Below are positions 1 through 10,505 of a DNA stretch of 64,000 bases, in pieces. The translations under genes and the position numbers were made by a program. Position 1 is the first letter of the stretch; every line of letters starts with the position of its first letter. The notes beneath the pieces are model-generated. The model was given only the letters and a program-made list of their open reading frames with translations, was not told the origin of the DNA and ran no database searches. Source of the DNA: Candidatus Multivoradales bacterium (lineage in GTDB: Bacteria > Acidobacteriota > Thermoanaerobaculia > Multivoradales > Multivoraceae); contig CBDCWI010000001.1 of assembly GCA_965223325.1 (NCBI GenBank), positions 800,001 through 864,000 on the forward strand, written 5' to 3'.

Positions 1-142
1 TCCGCCCGGGCCAGGTTCTGGAACGAGCGAACGGCGAGCGTTTCACCCTCGGCTGCGGGCCGCGGTGAAGTAGCCGCCGGTTGGCAATCGAAAGCACTGC
101 ACATCCCCCCTTCATCGGCGCCGTCCGTGGTAAGAAGAACGG

Positions 143-1993
143 ATGTCCCCATCCCGCCCCTCTGACAGCGAGGAGGCTCCAGACGACGTCGCAGAGCCCG
201 AAGGCTCAGGCGACGCCGTCAGAGAGCCTTCTTCAGCCGACGCCAATGCGGCGGTGGAACCGCCGGCCGCCAACGCGCTGTCACGCATGCCAGAGGTCTT
301 CGCCAGGGCCATGGCAGCTCAGGGGTTCAGCGAGCTGACGCCGGTTCAGGAGGCGGTGCTCGACTCCCGACTCAGCGGCCGTGACCTGCGCATCTCTTCG
401 CAGACCGGCTCGGGCAAGACGGTCGCGCTGGGATTCGTGGTGTCGAATGCCCTCCTCGACGAAGATGGCAAGCGGAAGAAGGGCGCTCCCTCGGGACCTC
501 GCGTCCTGATGATCGCACCCACGCGCGAGCTGGCGGCGCAGCTGGGGCGTGAACTTTCCTGGCTCTACGGCGGCGTCCGGCCGGGAATTGCCGTCGTCAC
601 CGGGGGGACCGCCGTCGGCGGTGACGTGCGCGCGCTCGCGGCACGACCCGAGATCGTCGTGGGAACTCCCGGTCGCCTGGTCGACCTCATCGAGCGAGGC
701 GTACTCAGCGTGGCGGGCCTGGAGGCAGTGGTCCTCGACGAGGCTGACGAGATGCTCGACATGGGCTTTCGCGAAGAGCTCGAGAACATTCTCGATCGAA
801 CCCCCGAGCGCCGCCGCACGATCATGGCCTCTGCGACTTTCAGAGCGTCGGTCGACCAGCTCGCCAACCGATACCAGACCGACGCCATCATGGTCGAGGG
901 GACAGTCGGTTCGTCGCATCAGGACATCAGCCACAGCGCCGTCCTCGTCGAGACACGCCATCGCATGGACACGATGGTCAACCTGCTCCTGCTGCATCGC
1001 GATCAGCGCGTCCTGGTTTTCGTGCGTACCCGGGTCGCCGCCGCCGGCATTGCTGGCGAGCTGAACGCACTGGGGTTCTCCGTCAGCGCCCTCAGTGGCG
1101 AGATGGCGCAGCGCGAGCGCGCTCGCTGCCTGGCCGAGTTTCGCGCCCACCGCCTGCAATGTGTGGTGGCGACTGACGTCGCCTCGCGCGGGCTGGACAT
1201 CCGCGGCGTTCAACAAATCGTGCACTACGACCTGCCGGAAAGCCACGAGGCCTTCACCCATCGCAGCGGCCGCACAGGTCGTGCCGGTGACAAGGGAGAG
1301 AGCACGATTCTGGTGCCGCCGCGCTCCCGCCAGAGAATCGAGCGCCTCTTTCGGCAAGCCAAGGTCAAGGCAAAATGGAAGAGCCCGCCAACCCCGGCCA
1401 TCATCCGGAAGGCGAACCGCAAGCGGCTGCTCAGGAAGTTCGGTGCCTGGAAGAGTGAGCACGACCCCCGAGAGACCGGCCCGCCCGAACTGCGTGAGCT
1501 GGCTGCCAAGCTCCTCGACCAGCGTCCCGCTCTCGACCTGGTAACCGAGCTCCTACAGGAGGTCGGAGTCGACGGGCCAACCCCGCCCCGAACGATTCCG
1601 GAGGCCAGGTCATCGCGGGCGTCGAAAGCACACTCCGGGTCGGAACAGGGAGAGCGTAGGGGACCGCGTCGTGGCGGCCCTCGCGGCGGCGGTGATGGGC
1701 GATTCGTCCCGTTCCATGTCAGCTGGGGCTCGAAGCACGGTGCCAACCCCAAGAACATGCTCGCTCACGTCTGTCGGCGAGGCCGAATAACCGGCAGCCA
1801 GGTTGGTGCGATCAAGATCCACGACTTCCGCTCGGTGGTCGATATCGCCATCGAAACTGCCGAAGCCTTCGAAAAGGCGACGGCGAAAAAGGACCCGCGG
1901 AACCCCAAAGTGCGCATCCAGCGGTTCATCCCCCACGACCAGCGCCCACCGCCGAAGAAATTCGGCAAGAAGCAGAGTAAAGGGCGCAAGTAG
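143..1993 (+). CDS. DEAD-box ATP-dependent RNA helicase with C-terminal DbpA-type RNA-binding domain
   Basis: Motifs QTGSGKT, PTRELA, DEAD, SAT, HRSGRTGRAG; C-terminal DbpA/CsdA-like domain (VGAIKIHDFRSVVDI). Confidence 0.93.
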   Translation: MSPSRPSDSEEAPDDVAEPEGSGDAVREPSSADANAAVEPPAANALSRMPEVFARAMAAQGFSELTPVQEAVLDSRLSGRDLRISSQTGSGKTVALGFVVSNALLDEDGKRKKGAPSGPRVLMIAPTRELAAQLGRELSWLYGGVRPGIAVVTGGTAVGGDVRALAARPEIVVGTPGRLVDLIERGVLSVAGLEAVVLDEADEMLDMGFREELENILDRTPERRRTIMASATFRASVDQLANRYQTDAIMVEGTVGSSHQDISHSAVLVETRHRMDTMVNLLLLHRDQRVLVFVRTRVAAAGIAGELNALGFSVSALSGEMAQRERARCLAEFRAHRLQCVVATDVASRGLDIRGVQQIVHYDLPESHEAFTHRSGRTGRAGDKGESTILVPPRSRQRIERLFRQAKVKAKWKSPPTPAIIRKANRKRLLRKFGAWKSEHDPRETGPPELRELAAKLLDQRPALDLVTELLQEVGVDGPTPPRTIPEARSSRASKAHSGSEQGERRGPRRGGPRGGGDGRFVPFHVSWGSKHGANPKNMLAHVCRRGRITGSQVGAIKIHDFRSVVDIAIETAEAFEKATAKKDPRNPKVRIQRFIPHDQRPPPKKFGKKQSKGRK

Positions 1994-2209
1994 GCACCGA
2001 ACCAGAGGCCTCTGGCGCGTCGATGAGCGCGCGCACGATCTCTACGGGAAGGCCGCGGCTTTTCTACGGGGAAACACCTGAATCCGAGACCAGCGCCGTG
2101 CGAGTACAATCACGGACCGTTTTTGCCGCAGACGCCCGCCGGAGTTGCAGCTCACAGAAACCTGTCACCCGGAACCACTCTCTCCGTTAAGGGTTCCGAG
2201 GAAGTTGAG

Positions 2210-3181
2210 ATGACGCGTACGACCCCGACCCCCGCTACCGAAGAAACACTATCGCCACGAGGTGCGAGCTCGCGAATTCGCGCGGTCGTCGACCGCCAGG
2301 TGCTCTCCGATGAGACCGCCAGCCTGATCGAACAGATCAACCAGGCCCGGCGCGGAATGAAGAAGAAGGAGCGGCGCGAACTGGTCGACGCCGCGCTCCT
2401 GCGCTACTTCCAGTCAACCAGTCTCAAGCCCTACCAGGCCGAGCTCATCAAGCTGCAGCAACACATCGAGCGCACCAAGAGGAAGGCGATCATCCTCTTC
2501 GACGGGCGCGATGCGTCGGGCAAGGGCGGCACCATTCGTCGTGTCACCCGTTACATGAACGAAAAGCACTACCGGGTGGTGGCGCTCGGCAAGCCCACCG
2601 CCGAACAGCGCACCGAGCTCCACATGAAGCGCTACATCGAGCAGTTTCCCCACGCTGGCGAGATGGTCCTTTTCGATCGCAGCTGGTACAACCGGGCGAT
2701 GGTCGAGCCGGTGATGGGCTTCTGTACGCGCAAGCAGTACAAGCAGTTCATCAAACAGGTGCCGGGTTACGAGAGCCGCATCATTGCCGACGGCAAGACG
2801 GCACTCATCAAGCTCTACTTCTCCGTTTCGAAAGTCGAGCAGCAGCGGCGCTTCAACCGCCGTCGCAACGATCCTCTCCGGCAGTGGAAGCTCAGCGAAG
2901 TCGATCTCCAGGCCCAGGAATTGTGGGACGAGTTCACGGAGATGAAGTACAGACTGCTCAAGAGGACCCATACCGAGGAATCACCCTGGTGGGTCATCCG
3001 CTCCGACAACAAGCACAAGGCTCGGCTCGAGACCATCAAACTCATCCTCAACCAGATCAAGTACCGGGGCCGCAGGCGTTCACTCGACTTCTCGCCAAAC
3101 CCCGAGGTGGTGATCCCTGGCAACGTTGAGATGGAGCTGATGAAGAAGCAAAAACGCAAGCACGGTAAATTCACCAGCTGA
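2210..3181 (+). CDS. ppk2: Polyphosphate kinase 2
   Basis: DGRDASGKGG Walker A, FDRSWYNR, WKLSEVD, lid motif IRSDNKHKARL. ATG 2210 chosen after GAGGAAG; the ORF is open from 2123. Confidence 0.93.
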   Translation: MTRTTPTPATEETLSPRGASSRIRAVVDRQVLSDETASLIEQINQARRGMKKKERRELVDAALLRYFQSTSLKPYQAELIKLQQHIERTKRKAIILFDGRDASGKGGTIRRVTRYMNEKHYRVVALGKPTAEQRTELHMKRYIEQFPHAGEMVLFDRSWYNRAMVEPVMGFCTRKQYKQFIKQVPGYESRIIADGKTALIKLYFSVSKVEQQRRFNRRRNDPLRQWKLSEVDLQAQELWDEFTEMKYRLLKRTHTEESPWWVIRSDNKHKARLETIKLILNQIKYRGRRRSLDFSPNPEVVIPGNVEMELMKKQKRKHGKFTS

Positions 3182-3186
3182 GAACC

Positions 3187-4359
3187 ATGGCAAGGACTAG
3201 AAAGAAGAGGCGCGGTAGGAAGGTGGCCCAGAAAGCAAAGAAGAAGCCGACCGAGAAGAAGGTCGCGAAGAAGAAGGCCGCGAAGAAGAGGGCCACTAAG
3301 AAGGTGGCCAAGAAGAGCGCAGCCAAGAAACGGGCCGCAACCAGAAAGAGGAGCGCGGCCACGCAACCCAGGAGCAAGAAGGCCTCCGGGAGGCGAGTGG
3401 CTGCCAAGGGGGTAAAGGGAAGTAGAGGAACTCCGAAGCCCACCGCCGCCAGCAAGCGCGCCGAGGCGAAGAGCGCGCAGTCCAGCAAACAGAAGCTCAC
3501 CGAACATCGTGCCCGCAAGAGCGTCGACAGCACGCCTTCGAAGAAGCGGCACGCCGTCTGGGTCAAAAAGAAGACGCTCGCCTACGAGCAGGAGCTCCAT
3601 CGACTGCAGATCGAGCTCGCCAAGATGCAATCAGATGTCAGGCAAGACGGAAGGCGGATCGTCCTGGTCTTCGAGGGGCGCGACGCCGCCGGCAAGGGCG
3701 GCACCATCAAGCGCTTCAACGAGCACCTCAACCCGCGTGGCGCGCGGGTTGTGGCGCTCGAGAAGCCCAGCGACCGGGAAGTCACCCAGTGGTACTTCCA
3801 ACGCTACGTCGTACACCTTCCGGCGGCCGGGGAGATCGTCTTCTTCGACCGCAGTTGGTACAACCGGGCACTCGTTGAGCCGATCATGGGGTTTTGCACC
3901 GACGAAGAAAACAAGCGCTTCATCAAGGACGTGCCCCTGTTCGAGCAAATGCTGGTCAAAGACGGCATTCAGCTCTTCAAGTTCTACTTTTCGGTGTCGA
4001 AGAAGGAGCAGCGGCGGCGCTTCGACTCCCGCAAGACAGACCGTCTCAAGCACCACAAGATCTCGCCAGTCGACGAGCGCGCCCAGGAGCTCTGGGATCA
4101 CTACACCGTCAAGAAGTTCCAGATGCTGTCTGAGACCAACCGCACGATCGCCCCCTGGACGATCATCCGCTCCGACAACAAGAAGCTGGCGCGCCTCAAC
4201 TGCATCAAACACGTGCTCTCGCACGTCGAATACGAGGACAAGGCACCGAGGAAGGATCTCGATCCGGACCCGAAGATCGTCGTCTCTGGAATCGACGAGC
4301 TCAAGATGATGGAACAGAGTCTGATGACCCACGTGCCGGTGCGCGAACTCTCGACCTGA
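3187..4359 (+). CDS. ppk2: Polyphosphate kinase 2 with Lys/Ala/Arg-rich N-terminal extension
   Basis: EGRDAAGKGG, FDRSWYNR, IRSDNKKLARL; first ~120 aa are low-complexity and basic (KKVAKKKAAKKRATKK). Confidence 0.93.
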   Translation: MARTRKKRRGRKVAQKAKKKPTEKKVAKKKAAKKRATKKVAKKSAAKKRAATRKRSAATQPRSKKASGRRVAAKGVKGSRGTPKPTAASKRAEAKSAQSSKQKLTEHRARKSVDSTPSKKRHAVWVKKKTLAYEQELHRLQIELAKMQSDVRQDGRRIVLVFEGRDAAGKGGTIKRFNEHLNPRGARVVALEKPSDREVTQWYFQRYVVHLPAAGEIVFFDRSWYNRALVEPIMGFCTDEENKRFIKDVPLFEQMLVKDGIQLFKFYFSVSKKEQRRRFDSRKTDRLKHHKISPVDERAQELWDHYTVKKFQMLSETNRTIAPWTIIRSDNKKLARLNCIKHVLSHVEYEDKAPRKDLDPDPKIVVSGIDELKMMEQSLMTHVPVRELST

Positions 4360-4430
4360 AGCCCCACACTTGGGCCGAGGTATCGTGGCAGCTCGCTCCG
4401 AAATCTCAACGGCAGTCCGAGGTCCGCTTC

Positions 4431-6119
4431 ATGAAATCCACTGGTCCGAGTCCCATTCGCCCTCGGCACGCCTCACCGTTTCTTGTCGCCATTGCGCTGG
4501 CGGTGGTCGCAGCGGGTGCTATCGCCAGTGCAGCCGTCGCTCAAGACACGCCCGGAGCCGAACGCGACCCGGTCCCCGCGCGCAGCGAGGGCGAGGGACC
4601 GTGGCCGCAGTTGATTCTGCGCGGCGCCAATCTGGTCGACGGAACCGGCGCTCCGACGCGCGGCCCGGTCGACCTGGTGATCGAGAACAACCGCATCGCT
4701 GCCATTCGGGTCGTCGGGACACCGCGTTCGGGACCCGACCCGAAGCGGCGGCCGGAACTCGCCGATGGCGGCCACGAGATCGACGCATCGGGAATGACCA
4801 TTCTCCCTGGCTTCGTCGACCTGCATGGCCACCAGCACACCGAGAGCTCTGAGCAGGGAGTCCCCGCCACCTACATCCACAAGCTGTGGCTTTCGCACGG
4901 CATCACCACTACGGCCGACGTCGGCAACTTCGATGTCGACTGGTTGATGCTCCAGAAAAAGCGGTCAGCGGCCAACGAAATCACTGCACCACGCTTTCAT
5001 GCCTACGTCATCTTTGGCTCAGGCAGTGAGAGACCCATCGCAACCCCCGACGACGCCCGGGAATGGGTGCGCTGGGTCAAAGAGAAAGGGGCAGACGGCA
5101 TCAAGTTTTTCGGCGCCCCGCCGCGCATCCTGCGCGCCGCTCTCGACGAGGCAGGCAAACAGGGCCTGCGAAGCACCGAACACCACGCACAGGTCGACGT
5201 CATCGACATGAACGTGCTCGAGACTGCCCGCGCCGGGTTGACCTCGATGCAGCACTGGTACGGCCTGCCTGAGGCGCTGTTCGAAGACCAGTTGATCCAG
5301 GACTATCCGCTCGACTACAACTACGACGATGAGGCCCACCGCTTCGGCGAGGCGGGCCGCCTATGGAAGCAGGCTGCCCGGCCTGGCAGCGAACGCTGGA
5401 ACGCGGTCATGGAGGAGCTGCTCGAGCTCGACTTCACGATCGTTCCGACCTACGTTGCCTACCTGGCGAGCCGCGACCTCATGCGCCAGTCGCGAAACGA
5501 GTGGCATGCGCTCTATACACTACCCGTCCTGTGGGATTTCTATCGCCCGAGTCCGACGTCGCATGGTTCCTATTGGTTCGACTGGACGACCACCAACGAG
5601 ATCGACTGGCGCGACAACTACCGCCTGTGGATGCAGTTCGTCAACGAGTACAAGAACCGCGGCGGGCGCGTTGGCCTGGGCAGTGACTCGGGCTACATCT
5701 ACAACCTCTACGGCTTCGGCTACATCCAGGAGATGGAACTGATGCAGGAGTCGGGCTTCCACCCGCTCGAGGTCTTGCGCTCAGCAACCCTCCGCGGTGC
5801 CGAGGCCTTGGGCGCCGACGAAGAGATCGGAACCATTCACATCGGCAAGCTCGCCGACCTGGTTGTCGTTCCTGGCAACCCGGTGGCCAATCTCAAGTTG
5901 CTCTTCGGCACCGGTTCGCTGCACTACAACCAGGAGACTGGGACGATGGAACGCGCCGGCGGCATTCGCTGGGTCATAAAGGACGGCATCGTCTATGACG
6001 CCCGGGAGCTCCGCGCCGACGTTCGCGAAATGGTCGCGGCGAGCCGTCGCGAGCGAGGCCTGCCACCGCCACCGATGCCGCTCTTCATCGATAGCAACTA
6101 CGACGAGAGTCTCCCCTAG
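4431..6119 (+). CDS. Secreted metal-dependent amidohydrolase family protein
   Basis: Signal peptide; PGFVDLHGH (HxH), GSDSG, GKLADLVV motifs. Confidence 0.85.
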   Translation: MKSTGPSPIRPRHASPFLVAIALAVVAAGAIASAAVAQDTPGAERDPVPARSEGEGPWPQLILRGANLVDGTGAPTRGPVDLVIENNRIAAIRVVGTPRSGPDPKRRPELADGGHEIDASGMTILPGFVDLHGHQHTESSEQGVPATYIHKLWLSHGITTTADVGNFDVDWLMLQKKRSAANEITAPRFHAYVIFGSGSERPIATPDDAREWVRWVKEKGADGIKFFGAPPRILRAALDEAGKQGLRSTEHHAQVDVIDMNVLETARAGLTSMQHWYGLPEALFEDQLIQDYPLDYNYDDEAHRFGEAGRLWKQAARPGSERWNAVMEELLELDFTIVPTYVAYLASRDLMRQSRNEWHALYTLPVLWDFYRPSPTSHGSYWFDWTTTNEIDWRDNYRLWMQFVNEYKNRGGRVGLGSDSGYIYNLYGFGYIQEMELMQESGFHPLEVLRSATLRGAEALGADEEIGTIHIGKLADLVVVPGNPVANLKLLFGTGSLHYNQETGTMERAGGIRWVIKDGIVYDARELRADVREMVAASRRERGLPPPPMPLFIDSNYDESLP

Positions 6120-6142
6120 GAGCCCGGCTCTACAATAGCGAC

Positions 6143-7369
6143 TTGATCGTTCGCCATTTCACACCTCTGGTCCTGGTTCTTCTGAGCATCGAGTTCCTGG
6201 ACGAGCTGGTCTCCGGCGTGCCGGGAGCCGGCGCGCACGAGATCCAGCAGGGTTTCGTCGTTTCACACACCAGCATGGGAGCGCTGATCACCGCCTTCGG
6301 CCTGCTCGCCCTGTGGGTCGAGCCACCACTCTTCTTTCTTGCCGACCGCTACCCGCGGCGCTGGTTTGTTTGCGGAGGAATGCTGGCACTCGGAGCGAGC
6401 TGTCTGATGGCGGCTGCGGCACCGAGCTACTGGTGGTTGTTCGCTGCTCTCTTGTTGTTCGGGCCGGCTTCGGGGATGGGGGTTGGGCTCTCGCAGGCGA
6501 CCTTGATCGACGCCGACCCAGGGCACACCGAACGCTGGTTGACGCGCTGGACGCTGGCCGGCGAAGTCGGCGACCTCGCAACCCCTGCCCTGGTCGCCGT
6601 GATGATCACCCTCGGCTGGGGATGGCGGGGTGCTTTCGCTGCCTGTGGGGTCCTGGCGATCAGCCAAGGTGTCGCGCTCTGGTTTCAAGAGTTTCCAGAC
6701 GACGCCTTCGCGCGAAACGTCTCAGAGGACAGCGGCGCCGCAACCGAAACCACCCGGGAAGCCGGCCGCGAGGACGAAGAACCGAACTGGCGCCAAGCCA
6801 TCGGCCTCGCGCTCTCGAACCGCGCCCTGCTCCTGTGGTCTTTAGCGCTCGTCGCATGTGCCTTGCTGGATGAAATCCTGGTGGTGTTTGGTGTCTTGCA
6901 CATGACCCGCGATCTCGGCTTCTCGGAACCCCGGGCGCTGTTGGTGATTGCGGCCATGAGCGCTGGCGGAATCGCCGGCCTGGTTGCATCCGAGGCCCTG
7001 CACGACCGCTTCCCGCCGCTGCGACTCCTGGTGGCGACCTGCATCTTCACCCTCGCGGCGCTCTTCGGCTTCGTCTACTCGACCCGTCTCTTGACCCTGG
7101 TGATCTGGGGCCTCCTGCTCGGACTCGGAATCGCCCTCCAGTACCCGCTGGCCAAAGCCCAGCTCTACCGAACCATTCCCGGGCAGACTGGCACCGCTCT
7201 GGCCGTCGCCGGCCTCTTCGGCCCGATCGACCTGGCTCTGCCGATCGCGGTGGGCTTTGTCGCCGATCGCGCCGGTCTCGTCGCCGCGCTCCTGGTTCTC
7301 GGTCTACAACCCGTCGTTCTCCTCGTTGTCGCCTGGATCGCTGTAGAGCGAGCGCCGGCCGGCAGCTAG
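6143..7369 (+). CDS. MFS transporter
   Basis: About 12 hydrophobic segments, LADRYPRR motif-A variant, central hydrophilic loop; TTG start. Confidence 0.82.
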   Translation: MIVRHFTPLVLVLLSIEFLDELVSGVPGAGAHEIQQGFVVSHTSMGALITAFGLLALWVEPPLFFLADRYPRRWFVCGGMLALGASCLMAAAAPSYWWLFAALLLFGPASGMGVGLSQATLIDADPGHTERWLTRWTLAGEVGDLATPALVAVMITLGWGWRGAFAACGVLAISQGVALWFQEFPDDAFARNVSEDSGAATETTREAGREDEEPNWRQAIGLALSNRALLLWSLALVACALLDEILVVFGVLHMTRDLGFSEPRALLVIAAMSAGGIAGLVASEALHDRFPPLRLLVATCIFTLAALFGFVYSTRLLTLVIWGLLLGLGIALQYPLAKAQLYRTIPGQTGTALAVAGLFGPIDLALPIAVGFVADRAGLVAALLVLGLQPVVLLVVAWIAVERAPAGS

Positions 7370-7428
7370 GCCATCCTCTCGTCGGCCAGACCGCGACAAG
7401 CTCGCGAGCAGAGGCTACGATCGCCCCG

Positions 7429-8103
7429 ATGCCAGAAGCCGATCTCTACTTGCCGATCAAGCAGTTCCTCGAGGCCCAGGGGTACGAGGTCAAAGGCGAA
7501 GTCGGAGCCTGTGACGTCGTCGCCCTGCGGGGCGACGAGGAACCGGTGGTCGTTGAACTCAAGGAACGGCTGACCCTCACTCTGGTCCTCCAGGCCGTCG
7601 ATCGGTTGAGAGTGTCCGATGCGGTCTATGTCGCTTTCCGCATCGGCAAGGGCCACAGTGCAGCGTGGCGCACGAGCAGGAAGCGGGTCATGGCACTGGC
7701 ACGACGCCTGGGACTGGGACTCCTCACCGTCTCGGCACGAGGCAAGGTCGTGCCGGTGCTCGACCCAGGCCCCTATCGCCCGCGACCCGACAAGCGGCGG
7801 CGCCGGCGTCTGCTCAAGGAGTTCAGCGAGCGCATCGGCGATCCCACGATCGGCGGCTCGTCTTCGAGCCCACGCCTGACCGCCTACCGGCAAGACGCCA
7901 TCCGCTGCGCGCGGGCCCTCGAGGGAGCCGGTGTGCTCGAGCTGAAGACCCTGCGCGAACAAACCGGCGTCGAGCGCGCCGGGCCGATTCTGCGCGACAA
8001 CCACTACGGATGGTTCGCCCGCAAGAAGCGCGGGCACTATGAGCTCACTCCCCGGGGTCGCGAGGAACTCGAAAGCTGGCGCGCATTCCTGGACCAACCC
8101 TGA
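7429..8103 (+). CDS. DUF2161-like putative PD-(D/E)XK superfamily protein
   Basis: ExDLYxPIKxFLExQGYEVKGEV...CDVVA...VELK N-terminus; TAYRQDA and DNHYGWF C-terminus. Confidence 0.75.
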   Translation: MPEADLYLPIKQFLEAQGYEVKGEVGACDVVALRGDEEPVVVELKERLTLTLVLQAVDRLRVSDAVYVAFRIGKGHSAAWRTSRKRVMALARRLGLGLLTVSARGKVVPVLDPGPYRPRPDKRRRRRLLKEFSERIGDPTIGGSSSSPRLTAYRQDAIRCARALEGAGVLELKTLREQTGVERAGPILRDNHYGWFARKKRGHYELTPRGREELESWRAFLDQP

Positions 8104-8591
8104 GGCCTAATCCGGAAGGGTATGGGGTCTATCCGAACGGATACGCCTTACGCCGCGGCGACCACTTTTGCGGCCTCCTCGCGCTCTTTGGCCCGTGGCC
8201 CGCCTGTTGCACCATGTGTTGCACTCGTGCCTGAAAGACATCTGCAGTCGCTTGTCGACAACTACCCAGCCGACGAAGCCGGGCGATCTTCTTCGACGAC
8301 CTACCGACCTACCACTACCTGGCGCCCCTGCACTACTACCTGGGCCGCGGCCTCGAACGACGAGATGGTACGAGACGCAGAGCGGCGCGTCGAGAGCCAG
8401 GGTTGATCGAGCCAGTGCCTTCCGGGAATCGCGGCCAGACTCAGTCTGCGATCGACCTACGCCGCCAGCTCGCGCGGCCTGGCGGATCGACGGCCGCTAG
8501 CGAGTACGATGGGGACCCTCGCGCCCTTCTCCGGCGGCATTCCGGGAGGGCTCTCAGTCTGCCGACGGACCAGACCGGCAACAAGAACTCC

Positions 8592-10493
8592 ATGGACGAC
8601 TCGCAAACCACCCCGTGCCTGCAGGCCGTCTCTGGCGGTCTTAAAGGGCAGACCTTCGACATTTCGGAGAAGGGCCTCACGGTGGGTCGCCATTCGTCGA
8701 ACGACGTTCGGGTCAAGAACTCGAGCGCTTCGCGCTATCACTGTCGCCTGGAGATCGAGGACGGCGAGGCGTGGGTCGTCGACCTCGATAGCCAGCACGG
8801 GACCTTCGTCAACGGCAAGAAGGTCGAAAGAGAGCGCCTCTCCCTCGGTGACGAGGTAGCCATCGCGTCGACCGTCTTTGTGCTTATCGATGAGGCACAG
8901 TCTCCGACCACCCTGGAGCTGACGGTCGACGAGGGCTTCTATCGCCAACCAGAACTCCTTCTCTCGGAGGCGGAAGGCATTCTTGGTGTCCGCGAGCGGG
9001 TGCTCCTTCAGGCGACGCTTGCAATCGGCGAGCTGCGCGCCTTCGAGCCGCTGGTCGATCGGCTGCTCGAGCTGGTCCTCGAGGCAGTACCTACCGCCGA
9101 GCGCGCCGCGCTCTTGTTTTACGATCGTGCTGGCGACGAGAGAACCCGGCAAAGAACGAAACGCCCGGGTGGAAACGGTCAAACCGAATCGGCCGTCGAC
9201 TCTCGCCCGTTGAGCCGAACGGTGGTTGAGCGCACCCTGCGCGATCGCGTCGCACTTGTCATCGAAGACTTGAGCGATACCAGTCGTGACTGGGGCGAGA
9301 GCCTGGCCGCCCAGGAGGTCAAGACCTTCGTCGGTGTTCCACTCCTCGATCTTCACCAGCGGGCTGTCGGCCTGCTCTACCTGGACTCGGCGTCTCAGCC
9401 GCGAGAACTCGAGCGCGGCCAGCTCGAGTTTCTCACCGCCTTCGCGGGCCTCACCAGCGCAGCCCTCTCCAACCTCTTGCAGTTCGAGTGGCTGACCGCT
9501 GAGCGCGAGCGCCTGCACCAACGCGAGATCGGCGCCGAGATGATCGGTGAATCCGAGGCGATGAAGAAGGTGTTTGCACTTGTCGAGCGGGTGGCGTCCA
9601 CCGACACGACAGTCCTCCTGCTCGGTGAGAGTGGGAGTGGCAAAGAACTCGCCGCCAAAGCCATTCACCGTGCGAGCGAGCGCGCAGGTCGGCCGTTTGT
9701 CGCCATCAACTGCGCCGCCTTGAGCGAGAGCCTGCTCGAAAGCGAGCTCTTTGGCCACGAAAAGGGTGCCTTCACAGGCGCCGACCGGCGCAAGTCAGGG
9801 CGTCTCGAGATCGCCGCTAGCGGCACCCTCTTCCTCGATGAAATCGGTGAGATGGCGCCCGGTCTGCAGGCCAAACTCCTCCGCGTGCTCGAGGAACGCA
9901 CCTTCGAGCGGGTCGGGGGCAACCACCCCATCGAAGCCGACCTACGAGTCATCGCGGCGACCAACCGCGACCTGCAAGCGGCGATCAAGAGCGGCGACTT
10001 CCGCGAAGACCTCTACTACCGACTCAACGTGCTGTCGATCACCCTTCCCCCACTACGAGACCGCAAGACCGACGTGATGTTGCTCGCAGACCACCTGCGC
10101 CTCAGGTTCAGCGAGACCGCCGGCCGGCCGGTACAGGGTTTTACCCCGGCCGCCAAACGAGCGCTCGAAGCGTACTCGTGGCCCGGCAATGTACGCCAGC
10201 TCTCGAACGCCATCGAGCGCGCCGTCGTGCTAGTTGACAGCGACCGCATCGACGTCCACGACCTACCCGAAGAACTGCACGAGGTGGCGGCGGTCGCTGC
10301 TCAGAGCGGCTCGTACCAGGAGGTCCTGCGAGAAACCAAACGACGCCTGATCAAAGAGGCCGTACTGGCCAAGAAGGGGCGATACACCGAAGCCGCCAAG
10401 GCGCTCGACCTGCATCCGAACTACCTGCACCGCCTGATCCGCAACCTCGAGCTCAAAGCAGAGCTCGAAGACGGACTACGCAGCCAGGGCTGA
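8592..10493 (+). CDS. Sigma-54-dependent transcriptional activator (FHA-GAF-AAA+-HTH)
   Basis: FHA (VGRH...SRYH...SQHGTFVNG), [31 protein letters not shown], Fis-type HTH. The ORF is open from 8403; ATG 8592 is preferred. Confidence 0.92.
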   Translation: MDDSQTTPCLQAVSGGLKGQTFDISEKGLTVGRHSSNDVRVKNSSASRYHCRLEIEDGEAWVVDLDSQHGTFVNGKKVERERLSLGDEVAIASTVFVLIDEAQSPTTLELTVDEGFYRQPELLLSEAEGILGVRERVLLQATLAIGELRAFEPLVDRLLELVLEAVPTAERAALLFYDRAGDERTRQRTKRPGGNGQTESAVDSRPLSRTVVERTLRDRVALVIEDLSDTSRDWGESLAAQEVKTFVGVPLLDLHQRAVGLLYLDSASQPRELERGQLEFLTAFAGLTSAALSNLLQFEWLTAERERLHQREIGAEMIGESEAMKKVFALVERVASTDTTVLLLGESGSGKELAAKAIHRASERAGRPFVAINCAALSESLLESELFGHEKGAFTGADRRKSGRLEIAASGTLFLDEIGEMAPGLQAKLLRVLEERTFERVGGNHPIEADLRVIAATNRDLQAAIKSGDFREDLYYRLNVLSITLPPLRDRKTDVMLLADHLRLRFSETAGRPVQGFTPAAKRALEAYSWPGNVRQLSNAIERAVVLVDSDRIDVHDLPEELHEVAAVAAQSGSYQEVLRETKRRLIKEAVLAKKGRYTEAAKALDLHPNYLHRLIRNLELKAELEDGLRSQG

Positions 10494-10505
10494 CCCCTTT
10501 CGCCC

